Shown here piece by piece: positions 62,886 through 64,000 of a DNA stretch of 64,000 nucleotides. Source of the stretch: Candidatus Omnitrophota bacterium (GTDB lineage Bacteria > Omnitrophota > Gorgyraeia > VGKH01). Both the position numbers and the translations under genes were made by a program. The notes beneath the pieces were generated by a model that was not told where the DNA came from, did not search any database, and saw nothing but the letters and a program-made list of their open reading frames with translations. The stretch lies in contig JAKLEP010000003.1 in NCBI GenBank assembly GCA_022703055.1, forward strand, positions 214,238-278,237. Direction: 5' to 3'. Within the stretch, counting starts at the first letter, position 1. Each line of letters opens with the position of its first letter.

Positions 62886-63257
62886 TTAGGATAATTCGAG
62901 CCGCGGCTCGCTTCTTCTTTCGTTATCTTTAATAAAATTCTCGATGATCTCGGCTTGGGCCTTATCGATATCCACAAATTGGACGCCTAATCTGGTTAAG
63001 CCCCTGCCTCCGGAAACTGCGGACTTTATCTGCCCCCTTAATTCAACAACCTTCTTATTGATTTCAAACTTCAAATCAATAATAACGCCCTTGGGGATAA
63101 AATTCTTGGATAATAATCCTAGCCCGAGAATGCTGATATCCAATGCCTCGGCTTCAATCTCTTCCTTCCTGATATTAAAGCGCTCAGTTGAAGAAGGGTC
63201 TACCTTTATTTTAACCTTAAACGAAACAGAGAATCTTTTTGCTTTCCTGGTTTCCAT
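62886..63257 (-). CDS. PilZ domain protein (canonical c-di-GMP motifs)
   Basis: 123 aa; RKAKR (RxxxR) and DISILGLG (DxSxxG). Confidence 0.75.
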   Translation of the reverse strand: METRKAKRFSVSFKVKIKVDPSSTERFNIRKEEIEAEALDISILGLGLLSKNFIPKGVIIDLKFEINKKVVELRGQIKSAVSGGRGLTRLGVQFVDIDKAQAEIIENFIKDNERRSEPRLELS

Positions 63258-63259
63258 TA

Positions 63260-63637
63260 TTACTCTCTTGTCTCCGACAAAAGATCTTTTATTTTTCCCA
63301 ATAAAACCTGAGGCTCAAACGGTTTAATCAAATATTCATCTGCCCCGACATCGTATCCTACCTTCTTATCAAGGTCCTGGCCGCGGGCGGTGAACATTAT
63401 GATAGGAATATGCCTGTATTTCTCGTCGAATTTAAGCATCCGGCAAACTTTATAACCGTCCATTTTAGGTAGCATTAAATCCAAAATAATCAAATCTGGC
63501 TTTTCTTTTCTTGCCTTCTCCAGGGCTTCCTGTCCGTCAACGGCTACCAAAACTTCATAGCCGCTTTCTTCCAGCCTGAATTTGACTACCTTGACTACAT
63601 CTGGCTCATCATCGACTAACAATATCCGTTTTCTCAT
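63260..63637 (-). CDS. single-domain response regulator (CheY-like REC)
   Basis: 125 aa; ILLVDDE, phospho-acceptor LDLMLP, T and K (IIMFTA, YLIKPF) positions intact. Confidence 0.85.
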   Translation of the reverse strand: MRKRILLVDDEPDVVKVVKFRLEESGYEVLVAVDGQEALEKARKEKPDLIILDLMLPKMDGYKVCRMLKFDEKYRHIPIIMFTARGQDLDKKVGYDVGADEYLIKPFEPQVLLGKIKDLLSETRE

Positions 63638-64000
63638 TCTTTCCCTTTGGCTGAATCTCTTACGATCAAATCTAGCGCTGCCTTTAGATTATTGGAAGCA
63701 TCGGAATAAGTGCTGAGCTTGGGAACAAAGGCCTTAACCCCTAACTTCTCGGTGCCGGCCATAGCTTTTGGCTCGGGATAAGCCGTAAACATTATAACCG
63801 CAATCTGCTTATTGTTCTCCCTGATTTTCTTAAGGAGGCTGACCCCATCCATTTCCGGCATCATATAATCCAGGATAGCTATCTGGGGATTTTGGTTATT
63901 CAGATTTTCCACCGCCTCGCTGGGATTGGAAGCCGTGATTAAATCGTAACCCCAGCTTTTAATACGTTCTCCCATAAGCTTAAGAATATCCGGTTCATCA
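63634..64000 (-). CDS. response regulator receiver domain protein (5' end beyond the window)
   Basis: The frame stays open to the window edge (..DEPDILKLMGERIKS..). The acceptor block ILDYMMPEMDG shows the true start is upstream of 64000. Confidence 0.75.
   Translation of the reverse strand, partial: DEPDILKLMGERIKSWGYDLITASNPSEAVENLNNQNPQIAILDYMMPEMDGVSLLKKIRENNKQIAVIMFTAYPEPKAMAGTEKLGVKAFVPKLSTYSDASNNLKAALDLIVRDSAKGKE

Noticed and set aside
1-64000. Alternative genetic code (UGA or UAG reassignment), prophage, integrase or transposase content
   Set aside because: All conserved genes are full length under the standard code with TAA/TAG/TGA stops at the expected ends. No integrase, transposase, capsid or terminase-like ORF was seen in any frame.

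Overview
A 64-kb window from a low-GC bacterial chromosome. I cannot assign taxonomy from the sequence alone, but the gene content suggests an uncultivated anaerobe.

Genes are tightly packed. Every CDS but one, and all six tRNAs, lie on the minus strand. No transposase, integrase, CRISPR array or rRNA is visible.

Contents in coordinate order:
- dapF (partial), lysA, and a complete arginine block: argH-argG-(membrane ORF)-argF-argD-argB-argJ-argC.
- rpsI-rplM, truA, asd.
- leuB-leuD / leuC, split by a small membrane ORF and a GIY-YIG cassette with long inverted flanks.
- fabF-acpP-fabG.
- rpoD-dnaG-NIF3-like-cvpA.
- A GAF-GGDEF cyclase, the only plus-strand gene.
- smc, an orphan ACP, and a 58-aa HTH ORF missing from the ORF track.
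- etfA(ferredoxin-fused)-etfB and, 4 kb away, an acyl-CoA dehydrogenase. A five-gene envelope module lies between them: Met-rich secreted protein, lipoprotein, SAM methyltransferase, M48-GYF-zinc-ribbon protease and LemA.
- A GNAT, a 1107-aa PAS/GAF/GGDEF/HD-GYP protein, and an LsrF-like aldolase with a Zn-ADH.
- recR, dnaX.
- A translation/RNA-maintenance stretch (43.7-52.1 kb): a second GIY-YIG, all four tRNA-Ser isoacceptors with serS, tRNA-Arg(ACG) directly upstream of tadA, a decayed tRNA-Arg copy interrupted by a 73-nt structured insert, an orphan FlaI/CpaF-type ATPase, an SNase-like lipoprotein, and rtcB-archease with tRNA-Lys(CTT) ending 5 nt before the archease ATG.
- A type IV pilus / T2SS-like cluster (52.2-64 kb) with two REC and two PilZ genes at its head.

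The most unusual item is a minor pilin in that cluster whose C-terminal half is a complete Hint (intein-like) autoprocessing domain (55544-56413). It lies next to a TMTC/PMT-like GT-C glycosyltransferase with TPR repeats.

All calls come from reading the translated ORFs and the DNA by eye. No database search was run.
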